64,000 bases of DNA. Source: Hamiltosporidium tvaerminnensis FI-OER-3-3 (Eukaryota; Fungi; Microsporidia). Numbering within the stretch: position 1 is the first letter of the stretch; every line of letters starts with the position of its first letter. Shown one piece after another: positions 37,823 to 49,599 of the stretch. A model generated the notes under the pieces. It was not told the DNA's origin, did not search any database, and saw only the letters and a program-made list of their open reading frames with translations. The stretch is from contig JAKIMF020000007.1 in NCBI GenBank assembly GCA_022605425.2, forward strand, positions 806,001 to 870,000. The letters are read 5' to 3'. Both the position numbers and the translations under genes were made by a program.

Positions 37823-38377
37823 ATGGGATTTATATTATCTCGGTTTTATTATGGAAAAGAAAAGAAAATTTTAATATTAGGATTGGATAACACTGGTAAA
37901 ACTTCTATTTTAAGAATTTTAGAAAAGATATCAATTTCAAAAGACGAAAAAGAAATTACTGACGACACATTAATTGTACCTACAATAGGATTTAATACAG
38001 AAACTATTATGTATAATGATAAAACTTTTACAGTTTGGGATTTAAGTGGAAATGTAAATGTGAGAAACTTTTGGAGATGTTATTTTATGAATACCAAATA
38101 CGTAATTTATGTTATTGATTCGAACGATATTGCGAGAAAAGAAATATATTTAAGTGTATTAATTCAACTTTCACAGGAAGTGGAACTAATTCGATGCTCA
38201 TTTCTTATTTTACTTAACAAAAGTGAATTAAATATGCATATTTCGATTGATGAAATTGAAGAAATAATTAAAAAATCATATTCAAAGAGAAAAATAGCAG
38301 TTTTTTCGTGTACAACGAGAAAAAAAGAATCTATAATCGAAGCCTTTGATTGGTTAATAAAGGATGATATTTCATAA
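37823..38377 (+). CDS. Arf/Arl-family small GTPase (divergent)
   Basis: MG N-terminus, ILILGLDNTGKT, PTIGFN, WDLSG, WRCYF, VIDS, NKSE, C-terminal FDWL. Confidence 0.9.
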   Translation: MGFILSRFYYGKEKKILILGLDNTGKTSILRILEKISISKDEKEITDDTLIVPTIGFNTETIMYNDKTFTVWDLSGNVNVRNFWRCYFMNTKYVIYVIDSNDIARKEIYLSVLIQLSQEVELIRCSFLILLNKSELNMHISIDEIEEIIKKSYSKRKIAVFSCTTRKKESIIEAFDWLIKDDIS

Positions 38378-38889
38378 TATTAATAGAATATAAATAAATA
38401 AATAAAACACAAATTTAAAAAATATTTTTACAATTCAAAAATTTTCTTTTGATTCTTATTTTTATAAAATGGTTTATTTGTAATACAAGTTTAACATACA
38501 TTAGAATAAAATTTTAATTTATTTGTAATACAATTTGCATTTGATTGGTAAAAATTTTATTAAAGAAAAATTAAAATATTTTTATGAAGATTTTTAAAAT
38601 AAGACTATTTTAAATTGTTAATTTTCATTACAGAATGTCTACATTTATTTCATTTATAAGATATTTAGGTTTAGGGAGGTTTTTCATTGCTTAATCTTAT
38701 TTTTCGGCAAGTTTTTCCGAATAATTTATTAAAACATATTTATACACAAAAAGAAATTATTTTAGTTTTAGAAAAGATCAACTTTTAAAGCTTTAAATTG
38801 AAATCTTCAAACTCAATGGTAATCTTAATATTTTACATATTTAACTTTAAATAGAAGTAAAAATAGTTAACCCTCCGTGAGATTAGGAT

Positions 38890-39510
38890 TACTACTAAGA
38901 TGCGCTACAGTTCTTGAAAATCTTGGTCATACTTTGCAATCCTTCTCATTTCTTTCTTATCTTATGCCTTTGTCTTCTATTGTCTTTCATTAAGCATTCT
39001 CAGGTACTGCCCACAGCATCTAACCATTTTTTTTTGAGGTCTACCTATTCTTATTTTCCCATTAGTTTTATACAAGTAGAATTGATCTACTCCTAGATCA
39101 GGTGGTAATCTTACCACATGTTCTAGTCATCTTAACATTACCTTTTTTATTTCAGTAACCAAATTTGATTCACGATAAAGATCATGGATTTCTAGATGCG
39201 TTCTTATTTTTCGCTCATTTTATATGTTTTATAGCCCTATATTCTATGAAGTATCTTTCTTTCATAAGTATTTAGAAGTCTTTCATCTCTTTTTGTCATT
39301 ACCAAAGTCTCTGTTTCATACATTACAACTGTCTTATTATGGTTCTATATATAAGCTCTTTTGTATCTCTACTTATACATCTTGACTTAATTAAGTTATG
39401 CAGGGGACAGTAGGCCTTGTTTTCCGCCTCAATTATTTCCTTTATTTCTTCATCACTTTTGATATTTTCATCTCTAAAGGTACCAAGAAATTTAAAACTC
39501 GATACTTTGT
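38890..39510 (-). mobile_element. decayed RTE-clade LINE 3' fragment (left arm)
   Basis: Minus strand SFKFLGT, LR*LEHVVR, GRPQKK/WLDAV; 3' end actgtagcgc..tagtagtaa typical of RTE. Confidence 0.75.
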
Positions 39511-40850
39511 GAGGTAAGAATTACTTTCCAAAATTCACTTCAAATTGTTGAAACTGCAAAACCTATATAACTTTGATCTATTAGGAATTTATTCTATTTA
39601 TATCGTAGTGTAAATATAATTTTAAATGATATAATCGAAGATAGTACCAACAAAAACCATAAAAGATATCTTTAAAGACTTCAAATATCCCCAATATAGA
39701 ACCTTCAACGAATGAGTTTAAAAAGTATGTTTAAACGATTACTTATGATCGATGAAAAAGACTTTAATCAGGATCAATGTCAGAGAGTTTAATAAATTGT
39801 TGAAGTGTGTTATATAAAAGGCAGACAGACATAAACAACCAATATTCATTATGGAATAAGCTAGTAGCCGAAAGTATAATGTAGAATGCTAAAAACTGAA
39901 AATAAAATATCTCTTATTTAGATGAATAATTACACTAAAGGAACCGATAATAACTATAAACAAAGATTCTGGTTTAGAAGACTAAGGTAACGATAAAAAA
40001 ATAGTAAAACTTATATAATAGAGTCGAAAAAGATTTAAATTCGGAATTCCAGTAAAAATGTATCACGGTAAAAATATTTAAATACCGAACATTCTGGTTA
40101 TACATTCTTGAACAATTTTTTTATACAATAACAAATATTCGATTTTTTCATAGAATATACGATTTATTAGGTAAATAAATCAGAAGGAATTTAAATGTCT
40201 TAGATTTATTTTTTAGTAATAATACTTGAATTATAAATAACTATTGAAACGAATTAGTTTACTGTTTTTAGGTTTTTTGTGTCGCCAAATACATATTATA
40301 TCAATAAATAGCGATATTTACATCAATTATCCAATTATTTTAGATTGCTTTTGAATCCCAACCTGATATTTAGAATTATTTTGAAAGTATCATTAAAAAA
40401 ATTAACATAGTTTTTTTTTTTTGGTTGTATTTTTACAGAAATAAGTAATCACCACTAAAAAATATACATTCCATTTAAGAACAATTCTTTTAAAATCTTT
40501 TAAAATCTCTTAAAATTTTATAAACAAATATCAATTTTAAAAAAGAAATAAAAGTTTGAGTAAATCATCAAATTAAAAATTATTTTATAGTAAAATTTAA
40601 TTTTTTCATTTTTAGTTAATGAATCGTATTTTTAAAAAAATTTAAATAAGAATTGTTTTTAATTTTTCTTTTAAAGTTAAATTAGGGGTGTGGTTATCAG
40701 AATAAGAGATTGATCTCTACTGTATTTTATCATATTAAACTTTCTTGTTTAAAATTTAGAAAAGAGAAGTCTGCTTATATTCACGTAAAAATAAAGAAAA
40801 AGATATTTTTATGTTACACGAAGAAATTTTTTAAATATTTTATCACCCTG

Positions 40851-41174
40851 ATGTTAACATTTCCTGGTGAAGATACAAATATTTTACTGAAAAATGGCCT
40901 TCCAATTTTCAATCTTCCAATGCCTTTTATAGGGGCAAATGTTACATGTAAAATTTACAAAGTTACACCTTTCCAAGCTTCTGCAAGGATTACGCATATA
41001 GAAGACCAAAAATGTTATATCACTTATCGAGGTGTATTTAGATCATTAGATATATTGGCTAATACGGTAGAAGATATTTATGTAACAGATGTTCTAAAAT
41101 CGGGTCAAATTTTAAAAGCTTTAATTATTTCATACGGTGAAAATAATGGTTTGATTCTTTCAAAGAACTTTTAA
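40851..41174 (+). CDS. CSL4: minimal exosome cap subunit Csl4-like (S1 domain), 107 aa
   Basis: MLTFPGE..P.IGANVTCKI.KV....ASARI..GVFRSLDI...LKSGQILKALIISYG; CCCTG-ATG at 40851; same start as the 107-aa copy at 55059-55382. Confidence 0.7.
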   Translation: MLTFPGEDTNILLKNGLPIFNLPMPFIGANVTCKIYKVTPFQASARITHIEDQKCYITYRGVFRSLDILANTVEDIYVTDVLKSGQILKALIISYGENNGLILSKNF

Positions 41175-41320
41175 AATATTTTTAGAAATAAATTTTTGTG
41201 AAAGAAAAATTAAAATTTTACCAAATAAAAGTAAATTAAAGAAGCTTAGCAAATTTTTATTTTTAGATATTTTTCATTATCATTTTAAAATAGTTTTTAT
41301 TAAAAATCAAAAACACAATT

Positions 41321-41914
41321 TTATTTCAAATTCAAAATTGATAAAGAAATATTTTCTACGATTTCTTCTATCGAAAGGTTTCCATCAATTATCATAAATT
41401 CTTTACTTTTAAGAACATTGATTTTCAAAACTTCGTATACTTTCTTTTGATATTCCGAACATTCATAGATTTCCTCACCGAATCCTTTTCTACAAACAAC
41501 TTGTGTCGGCTTAATATCAATAAATATCGTTAGATCGGGTTTAGGTAATCCTTTATCTGAAAACTCGCACCACTCCTCATCCAACCCATTTACTATACTA
41601 TAAGATAGACCAGAAAGATAATATCTATCACATAATATAATTTGATCTTTTCTTTTTTCTGAAATTTCTTTTGCAAATTCCCATCTATTTGCTGAGAATA
41701 ATAAATGAACGGTTTCATTCGGAAGTTTTATCTTTTTAGATAAAAACTTATTTAATATTTTACCTATTTCAGTTGTTCGTTCCGGAAATGACATACAATG
41801 TATACTTTTCTTATATTTCTGTAAATATTCTTTTACTTTCAATGCAACTGTAGTCTTTCCAGATTTATCTATTCCTTCTACAACTATAAATTTACCAACC
41901 ATAAAATGGGTCAT
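41321..41914 (-). CDS. CDC8: thymidylate kinase (dTMP kinase); likely true start at the second Met (41902)
   Basis: FIVVEGIDKSGKTT P-loop, FPERTTEIG, HLLFSANRWE, LCDRY..SG, PKPDL; CCCATTTT precedes the second ATG. Confidence 0.95.
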   Translation of the reverse strand: MTHFMVGKFIVVEGIDKSGKTTVALKVKEYLQKYKKSIHCMSFPERTTEIGKILNKFLSKKIKLPNETVHLLFSANRWEFAKEISEKRKDQIILCDRYYLSGLSYSIVNGLDEEWCEFSDKGLPKPDLTIFIDIKPTQVVCRKGFGEEIYECSEYQKKVYEVLKINVLKSKEFMIIDGNLSIEEIVENISLSILNLK

Positions 41915-43609
41915 TTGATTAGAAAAATATATATTTTATTTTAGGGAGACTATATAAGATATCACTTTAAAATATAAATTTTTTTACTTAGAATTCAACA
42001 TTTGATTCATATTTAAGCATTTATTTGTAATTCATTAACTATTTATTTACTCAAATTTAAATAAAAATATTCGCTTTTATATTCCATATGATTTACTTTA
42101 AATTTATAATTAAAAAAAACTTTATAGTTTTAAAATATTGTGACCAGACCGTTTCATAAATTGTTCTGTTTGAAGAGGTAGCAATCGTTTTTTCCAAAAA
42201 TATTTTTTGAAATATAGATAAAGGAATATTTACATTTATAAGATTTTTTATCTGTTTTACATATTTATATTGACCATTTACTTGTTTCTATTTTTTTTAG
42301 TTTTTTAAGTTTCTAGTTGTTGATAAATTTTATTCACCAAGAATATATATTCTTTTCAGCACATCTTATTAGATTCAAATTCGGTATTGAATTTTCAGAA
42401 TTGAATTTCCAGTGAAAATTAAGCCCATCTGTTTTCAAAGGCAGTATCATTCAAATTATAACGAGTAAATTAAAAAATATATATTTAGGTCATTAAAATA
42501 AAAAAAACTTCCATTGTGGTGGAAATAAATGGCAGAGGATCTATAGGCTGATCTCCTATAATCCTGAATTGCAAAATATTTAAAGAAACAGATGGAAAAC
42601 AAAAATTTTTCCTTTCTCGAGACCGAGAAGAAAAAGAGGAATCGAATATGTAAGTAAGTATAAAATAAAGATTCATTCTGTAGGCTTAAAATTTTCAATC
42701 CTCATACATAATTGGAAAGTATTACCTGAATAAAACGTATTTTCGAACTTTGTATAATGACCCAAAATATTTATTTACTTTGATCTGAAATTCAATTATA
42801 AAGCATAATAAAAATAAATTTAATTATTATGAATGTTAATTGAAAACCATGGAATCTAAGGATACTATTTATTAGCTAAAAGATTTATTTTATTTATAGA
42901 TATTCTGTTAGGCCACCTAATTTGTAAAATTAAAGTAATATATTATAACAGAGTAATAAAATCTATCTTAAGTTATTCCGAATATTTATTTAAATATTAG
43001 CATATGTTCATTTTAAATTCTTAAAAACATTTTCAGTTTAAATAAAGACGAAAAAACCAAATATAAAGAGTCAATCGAGATATTCAGAAAGCTTATCGAG
43101 ATATATTAGAGTAAAAAAGATGTATTTTCGACCTATACGTTACCATACATATCTACCAACTATAAAAAAATATTAAAAAGCAAAAAATCAATAATTTACT
43201 AAACCTATAATTTTTTTTTAAAAAAAAACAAAAAACAAATAATCGATATTAAATATGTAAAGTAGCTGCTCAAATTAAAACGGCAAATATCAAGAATTTT
43301 AGAGCCAGCAAACAAAAATATAAATTTTAATTTAGTTAATTTAAATAAATATTACCTTTTTAAATGCATTAATGATTTCTTAACTAAAAAATATATTTGT
43401 AAATAAAATAAAGAAAAGAATTACATCCGACTAGGCTAGCCTAATCTATTGATAGAAAGGTTTATTGAAATAAAAACTTAAATGAAAAACTTTCAAAATT
43501 AAACTAATATAACTTTCAACAGAACGGTTAATTTTAGAATTTGAAAGTTAATTAAAATAGAATTATTAGAAAATGAATATAATAATTTATATCGAATTTT
43601 TTAATAATG

Positions 43610-44200
43610 TCAGTCTTCACTATTCTTTTTAGGTTTTGTATCGACGCCATGGTAAGACCAAACTGGTATAAAACTATCAACGAATCCGACATCTGCAAAT
43701 AAATTTGGAAACAACCAAATACCAGGTGAATTTGTAAAAAATGTAATACTAAAAATGATAAGTCGTAAAATACCAAGAACAATTAAAAATACTACAAATG
43801 CCATGAGAGGATATGCCACATAAACCGTACATCTTCTGAGTTTTGATGGCCATACTTGATACATTACAAGAGCTAATGATAAGAAAATCAAAGCCAAACT
43901 GATGATTAAATTTGTAGAACTTGTACTTTCAGTTACCCATATGTAGAAATCTGTTTTTTTGAATGTTTTTGAAAGCTGAAGCATACAATTCTGTTGGCCA
44001 GATAAGACAACACGCACTAAAGTATTTTGGGATATAAGATAATCCATTATACTTTGTATTTCATTGTCTTGAATATCTTGCTTTTTTAAATGTAAGAATA
44101 TATCTTGTCCTTTCAGCACAGATACCCTTTTTTCATTGTTTAGTATTTTTTCTTCTGTGGGAAGCTTTCTTAAATATTTTTCAAATTTTTTGATATCCAT
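43610..44200 (-). CDS. SEC62: ER translocation protein Sec62
   Basis: RV..LKG, FYIWV, two TM helices flanking YQVWPSKLR, GIWLFPNLFADVGFVDSFIPVW; CCCAT-ATG. Confidence 0.92.
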   Translation of the reverse strand: MDIKKFEKYLRKLPTEEKILNNEKRVSVLKGQDIFLHLKKQDIQDNEIQSIMDYLISQNTLVRVVLSGQQNCMLQLSKTFKKTDFYIWVTESTSSTNLIISLALIFLSLALVMYQVWPSKLRRCTVYVAYPLMAFVVFLIVLGILRLIIFSITFFTNSPGIWLFPNLFADVGFVDSFIPVWSYHGVDTKPKKNSED

Positions 44201-45012
44201 ATGGGTTATAATTTTGTATAAAAATATATTTCGAATTCAATAATTTAAAAATTTTTTACCCTTCTATTATAAAAATGTGTCGATTTAAAGTGATAAAACC
44301 TTGATTTGATTCATAAAAGAATTATTTAATCTGATTAACTATATAATTGCAAGATTTTCTGGTTTTTACTATAATCATTAATTGTGGGCCAAAGGAATTT
44401 GATTTAGCTTTAAAGAACCTTTCTTGTATTTTTTCAAAAAAATTTGTTTTAATGTTTTAGTATATCAACAAAAGAAATGCCGACGCTATTTCATTAATTC
44501 CCATGTCAGGTAGAACCCTGCTATCTACTAGACCAATTTTAGTATTATAATAACCTTTATATTTTTGCTTCCATTTATTTCTCATATTTCAATGGTTTAG
44601 ACATTATCTCTTAATCCTATATATACATTACCGCATGTCCTTTCCTGCTTTTCTTTTCATTACATGCTTGCTTAATATTTTCTTGTATCAAAAAAGTTAA
44701 AACATCTACTAACTAGACATGATATCAAATCAAAGCTATTTTAATGGATGGGCTTTTTATTTTAGTTTTTTTGCTTTCTATTTTTAATATGTTTGCAAAG
44801 CAAAAAAGAGTGATTTAAATCAGTGTACACTATTACCGAAGAAACATAACACGGCATATAAATAAATATATTTAAGACTTTTGGTTTTCCTTTCTTTTGA
44901 TATTTAAATAGAGGTATAATTTATTACAATGCCAATGCTTTTTAAAATATAAATACAAAAAAAACGAAACTAGTTGATTAACATATTTATAACATAAAGT
45001 TATTTATCTAAA

Positions 45013-45246
45013 TTTGCCTACTATGGCGGGAGCAGAATTGGCTTGGATATTCTTTGATTGTCGTAAGAGGCTATTAAAAGTGACAGGTCCTCTAATTTGG
45101 AGTCGGGCGTAGGGTTAACAACCCATCCTTTAAAACCACCTTGTTTCGAAACCCGAAAATGTATACAAACCCACTGGAAAAAAACCGGGGGCAGTATTAC
45201 TGAAAGCGGCCAAGGCTCATACAAGGCTGTAGTGCCGATGATGATG
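45013..45246 (+). mobile_element. RTE-derived bipartite SINE (~234 bp) with 13-14-bp TSD (G)TTATTTATCTAAA
   Basis: TSD at 44999-45012 and 45246-45259; 5' half resembles RTE 5' UTRs (tgtcgtaagaggc..taaaag; gggcgtagggttaacaaccc); 3' end ggccaaggctc..ggctgtagtgccgatgatgatg is RTE-type. Confidence 0.8.
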
Positions 45247-45879
45247 TTATTTATCTAAAAACGGTGGAAAAGAAAGGCTTCAGAATCGGGGATTCAATAC
45301 TTTACTTTGTGATGATGATTGTCGATTGGGAGGACGTGAAGTCTTATTAAAGTATATTTTTGAATATAAAAATACTCTATTATGTGTATATAAAAATAGA
45401 ATACACTTTTAAACACATGTGAGTTCTTAAAATGACAGTTTTTATTGAAAATAACTCTTATCGGTTCTGAAAAATAGATAAAAATATATACTAAGACTTT
45501 TAGGCTTGTAGTAGATTTATTTTTTAAAACAATGCGACAAAATGTATCTAAAATATGCAAAAAACCCTTTTTTTAAGTTAATTGTAAATGTGTCGGATGA
45601 GTTCATCGAAATGATCAATATGTTTTTTTCTTAACAAAATTGATAAATTCCCGAAATATTTCTTGAGCTTCCACATAAATAAAATACTTTAAAATTTGCA
45701 TACATTATTGTCGTATTTATAGAGATTTTCGATGAATATAATAATCCTTGCAATAAATATCATGATTTTACGATAAATATTATAATCTTTGCGACAATAT
45801 AAAGATTTTTGGAACAATATCATAATAATTGCAATCATTATAATAATTATTTTCCAAAAATACAAAGTTAATAAATAAA

Positions 45880-46896
45880 ACTATAATTAGTACATGGGAA
45901 TTATTATTCAAGAAACACCTGTCCATCTTTAGCCTTCTGCAATACCCTGAGATTTTTCGATATAAAGAATTATAATGTTCGCCCGTGATCTTATTAAATT
46001 TTACAAATTAATATTCTCACTTGAGGTCTGTACAGGCACCACTTTGAATTACTTTATTTTTTCAGATTGAGAATAAATTCTCAATTGGATTAAGAAATAG
46101 AGAATAAGGTCGAAGGTATTTTATTCGATACGAGGCTTTTTCCTCATAATCATCAATCCACGATAGTGATGAATTCTCGCTTGTTTATTACAAATATACG
46201 ATTCAAAATTCCTGCCATTAACAACTTCCATTAATCTCCTTAAATACAATTTAGAGTACTTTCCATTTACGGCTCTCACATAAATCTTATGGTATATCAT
46301 ACCATATTTGTTGATTGCGGCAACTACCGATATATTTCTATTTCTGGCTGTAGTCACAAAAAGGTATGCAGATCCATATCTCTTATTATGGTTTATACTG
46401 GAGCGTGTTTCTATTGGCAACCCAACTTCATCTAACCCGACAAAATTTTTGTTATGGTTATCAACCTATAACCCACGAAAACTAAATGTGTAATTGGTTC
46501 TGAGCTCAATTGTCGAAGATGAATTTCAACGCCCAGGCACTAATGTTACACGCTTTAGAGTTTTATAGAATTCTCTTGGTGAGCGATCAATTGTACTAGT
46601 TGACACATTAACATTAAATGTACTTTGGACTCATTCTGCCAACTCATGCAAGGTTTTTGTACACTCTGAACTAACATATGTTTGTAAGCTCTCTTTGATT
46701 TCCAAAGTTAACTTTGAGCGCATATACTAAACTCTTTTCTCAGCAAATACCAGGCCTGTTTTTAAATATCGTTTAATGATACTATTAACCATCTGGTATT
46801 TTATTCTATACCATGAGGTAATTGAAGACCTAGAATGGCTTTACAATGTCTTGCAATTATGCGTTCCTGATTATTATTGGAAACCATTTGTTTCAT
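45880..46896 (-). pseudogene. DDE (IS630/Tc1-type) transposase pseudogene
   Basis: Minus-strand fragments LDEVG, RNISVVAAI, QARIHH, PYSLFLNPIENLFS; stops and frameshifts. Confidence 0.85.
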
Positions 46897-47105
46897 CCGA
46901 GTTGGAATGGTATTAGTGGGAGATTTTCATTGCGTGATCTCAATGTTTCCGTAAGACACTCTAAACCATTGTCATTTTTACACTCTATACATTCTAGTGT
47001 TGTACCGACATACAAATGATATTTGTTTTTGTGGCTATTTTTACCCGAAAAGGAATTTTACCTTAAGTTAATTTTTAAAAAAATAATTATTATATTGATC
47101 GCAAG

Positions 47106-47844
47106 TAGTGGATGAAGGATAACCACATAAAAACTTTCTGCTTGGCAATGAGTGTGTGAAACTGGTGTGAGGATCATTGTTTGGATTTTTGGTGGTAATA
47201 CAACCACACTACATCTTCGGTTGTTCCATGGGAGTTGTTATGAAGAGGAGAGGTCTTAGAAATGGAGAAACTTTTTCTACAAATTTATTTGTAGTTTTTT
47301 ATGTAACCAGATTGCAGACCGCGGCTGAACATGTAGGTAATTGCCATGTAAAAGCATGGAAACCTAGCCTTGCTCACTCGGGTTAGAAGACTTAGCGCCT
47401 GGGAGATATAAAAATAAAACCCATTAAAAGCCGTGAGAGCTAATAGCAGGATATACTTGTTGGTATGACATTGCACTGTTAAGTGGATCCCATGTAAGTC
47501 TGTGAAATATATCTTAGCTAGAAGTTTATTGGGTTCAGAAAGTGTAGAGTAAGTGGGAATGCTGCATAGTCTTGGGGGAGCCCAGATGGGGCTTCGGCCT
47601 TCGACCACACTCCATGCAACAGACATTAACGACTCCGGGCAAATGCCTCACCTATAAATTAGGATTCTACGTACTTGATAGATGAAATGCTTTGGGACGT
47701 AGGTATCGCAGGGGCTACCGATGGAGTTTTGGGTAGCAGTTATTTATGTTAAACCTAGAACTGCGTTAATGTCATGAAAACAGATATAAAACTTGCCACT
47801 ATTTTAAAAAGATGGGATACTTTTAAATAAAGTTTTATTTTATT
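47106..47844 (+). mobile_element. ~740-bp non-coding structured element, copy 2, with 16-bp TSD TTATATTGA(T/G)CGCAAG
   Basis: TSD at 47090-47105 and 47845-47860 (1 mismatch); ends ttttaaataaa-g-ttttattttatt; homologous to 10357-11076. Confidence 0.85.
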
Positions 47845-49599
47845 TTATATTGAGCGCAAGGATCATGATTTTGATTGCAAGGATCATGATATTAATTGCA
47901 ACAATTATTATATTGATCGAAACTTTATGGTATTGGTTGCAAAGATCATTATATTGATCTAAAATCCCTATAAAACGATTCCCCTCCGAGTAGCCCCCCC
48001 TGCTGAATTTTACTTTGAAGAAAAGGTGAAATACAGCAGATAATTACATTTTCCAAATCAAAAGGCCTAAAAAATCGTATTTACGCTTTTATAGCAGATA
48101 ACGACTGTTTAGCGTAAAATTAATTATTCAGTGAGAATGTAAGATTTTCAATAGGTTGAGACCATTTAAAACCGAAAAGGGTTTAATAAATCAAAATACT
48201 TAATTTACAAGTTTAAAAAAAATCCTGAAAATAAGACCTAAGTTACATAAATATACTGCAAATAATTGGTTTTGTCAAAATATTTTTTTAACCGTTTTGC
48301 TTACCAGGCTTCTACACCAGTTTATGCATTGTAACAGGGCAATGCATTAACGAATAATTGAGGGGGGGTCAAAATAAAATGGAATGGATACATAATAAAA
48401 TAAAAACAAAATTTATCAGAATTTTTAGTAAAATTTTTTTACCAAAACCGAGCATATAGAATATAAGAATCTATCTGACAATTTAAATAGTCAAATTTTA
48501 ATTTTAAAGTTGAAAATATTGGTGTTGGTTTGAACAAATGTAGTTTTATTTCAGCCTTTTTTATTTTTAGACAAGATGGGACATAATAAAATGCGACATT
48601 TAGTATAACTCGTAAATCTTAACGAATTCATGGATGAAACAATCTGATAACAGCAATGGGTGTAAAAAAGCACTTCTTTAAACATAATTTTCTGGCTTCA
48701 AACTTAAAGTTATACAAAGAAAACCAGGTAATCCGAAAGCGCGGGAGGAAATCGAACATTTAAATCAAATTAGCAAAATATAGTATCGAAAATTGTATTA
48801 TATTGAGGAATTTTGGTGTATAGAGCCCTCTTAAGATGTAATTTATATTTATATGAGAGCAATATTTAACTAAAAATATAATATTTTTTTATGCGTTTCC
48901 ATACAACCAAGTTTTTATAATCCGTTTTCTAAAGGCTTAATAACACTTAAAATTGTTTATATAGAGCCTTCTATTGAAATGGCTTAGAATCTGTTCTTCG
49001 AGGTAAGAAAACATTAGAAATACACCTGTGACATAAAGATTGCATTTAAGAGACATAATAAATCAATCTAAGAATTATTTCCTTGACTATACCATGATTT
49101 ATAACCACAAAAATGCTTAAAAAAATTGCAGCGTAAGCCGTGAAGCCTTTTAAAGGACATTAAGACAAACTTTAGTAAACAAAAAGTATAATAGTTACTC
49201 GAGAGACTTGTGTATTTGATATAAAAAGTGCTATAGGAAACCTGGCCTGAAAACGATAACTTTTGGATGGATATCAACTCTTTTTATTTAACTTCATTTT
49301 GGAGTTATATCAATTTGCAAGAAGTAAGTGAAAAGTAGAAAGTAGATAATATGGCACGAGGGCGGGTGAAAAAAACGAAACAAGACATATCTCGATGGAA
49401 TATTTTTCGCGATCAGAAATTTATTTCTATATATTTGAATTTTTGCCTGTCGAATTTAAATTTATTTTTTTCTAAGAATTTTAACAAAATTTTTTAAGTG
49501 ATGTTACAATATAAAGTGATATTTAGTTGACTTTAATTATATTTAAAATAATTCAATTTTTTCTGAATTTTGTATTTTACAAAGAGGAATAGAAACTAA

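Larger units (their letters stand above)
28411..42480 (+). repeat. left arm of a large inverted segmental duplication (includes the 3.8-kb LINE insertion)
   Basis: Reverse complement of 53753-64000; 28411 pairs with 64000 and 42480 with 53753; the outer boundary lies beyond the window. Confidence 0.97.
45720..47970 (-). mobile_element. IS630/Tc1-like DNA transposon with ~130-bp TIRs built of ~21-bp subrepeats; TA flanks; right TIR split by a 739-bp insertion
   Basis: Left TA-tagagattttcgat... (45720-45852) matches the reverse complement of 47079-47105 + 47845-47970 (...aaaatcccta-TA); internal transposase pseudogene. Confidence 0.82.

Noticed and set aside
38867-38880. TTAA-CCCT as a piggyBac end; also a mariner-like tacgggtgattcaaaa at ~24223
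   Set aside because: No matching opposite terminus or recognisable transposase found
40710-40850. N-terminal extension of the CSL4-like ORF (154 aa)
   Set aside because: TTG start; the frame is not preserved in the duplicate arm
47106-47844. Element as rRNA, RNase P/MRP, U2, hammerhead, twister or solo LTR
   Set aside because: No diagnostic motifs found by eye; no TG..CA termini, and a 16-bp TSD is too long for an LTR element; needs an Rfam search to be definitive
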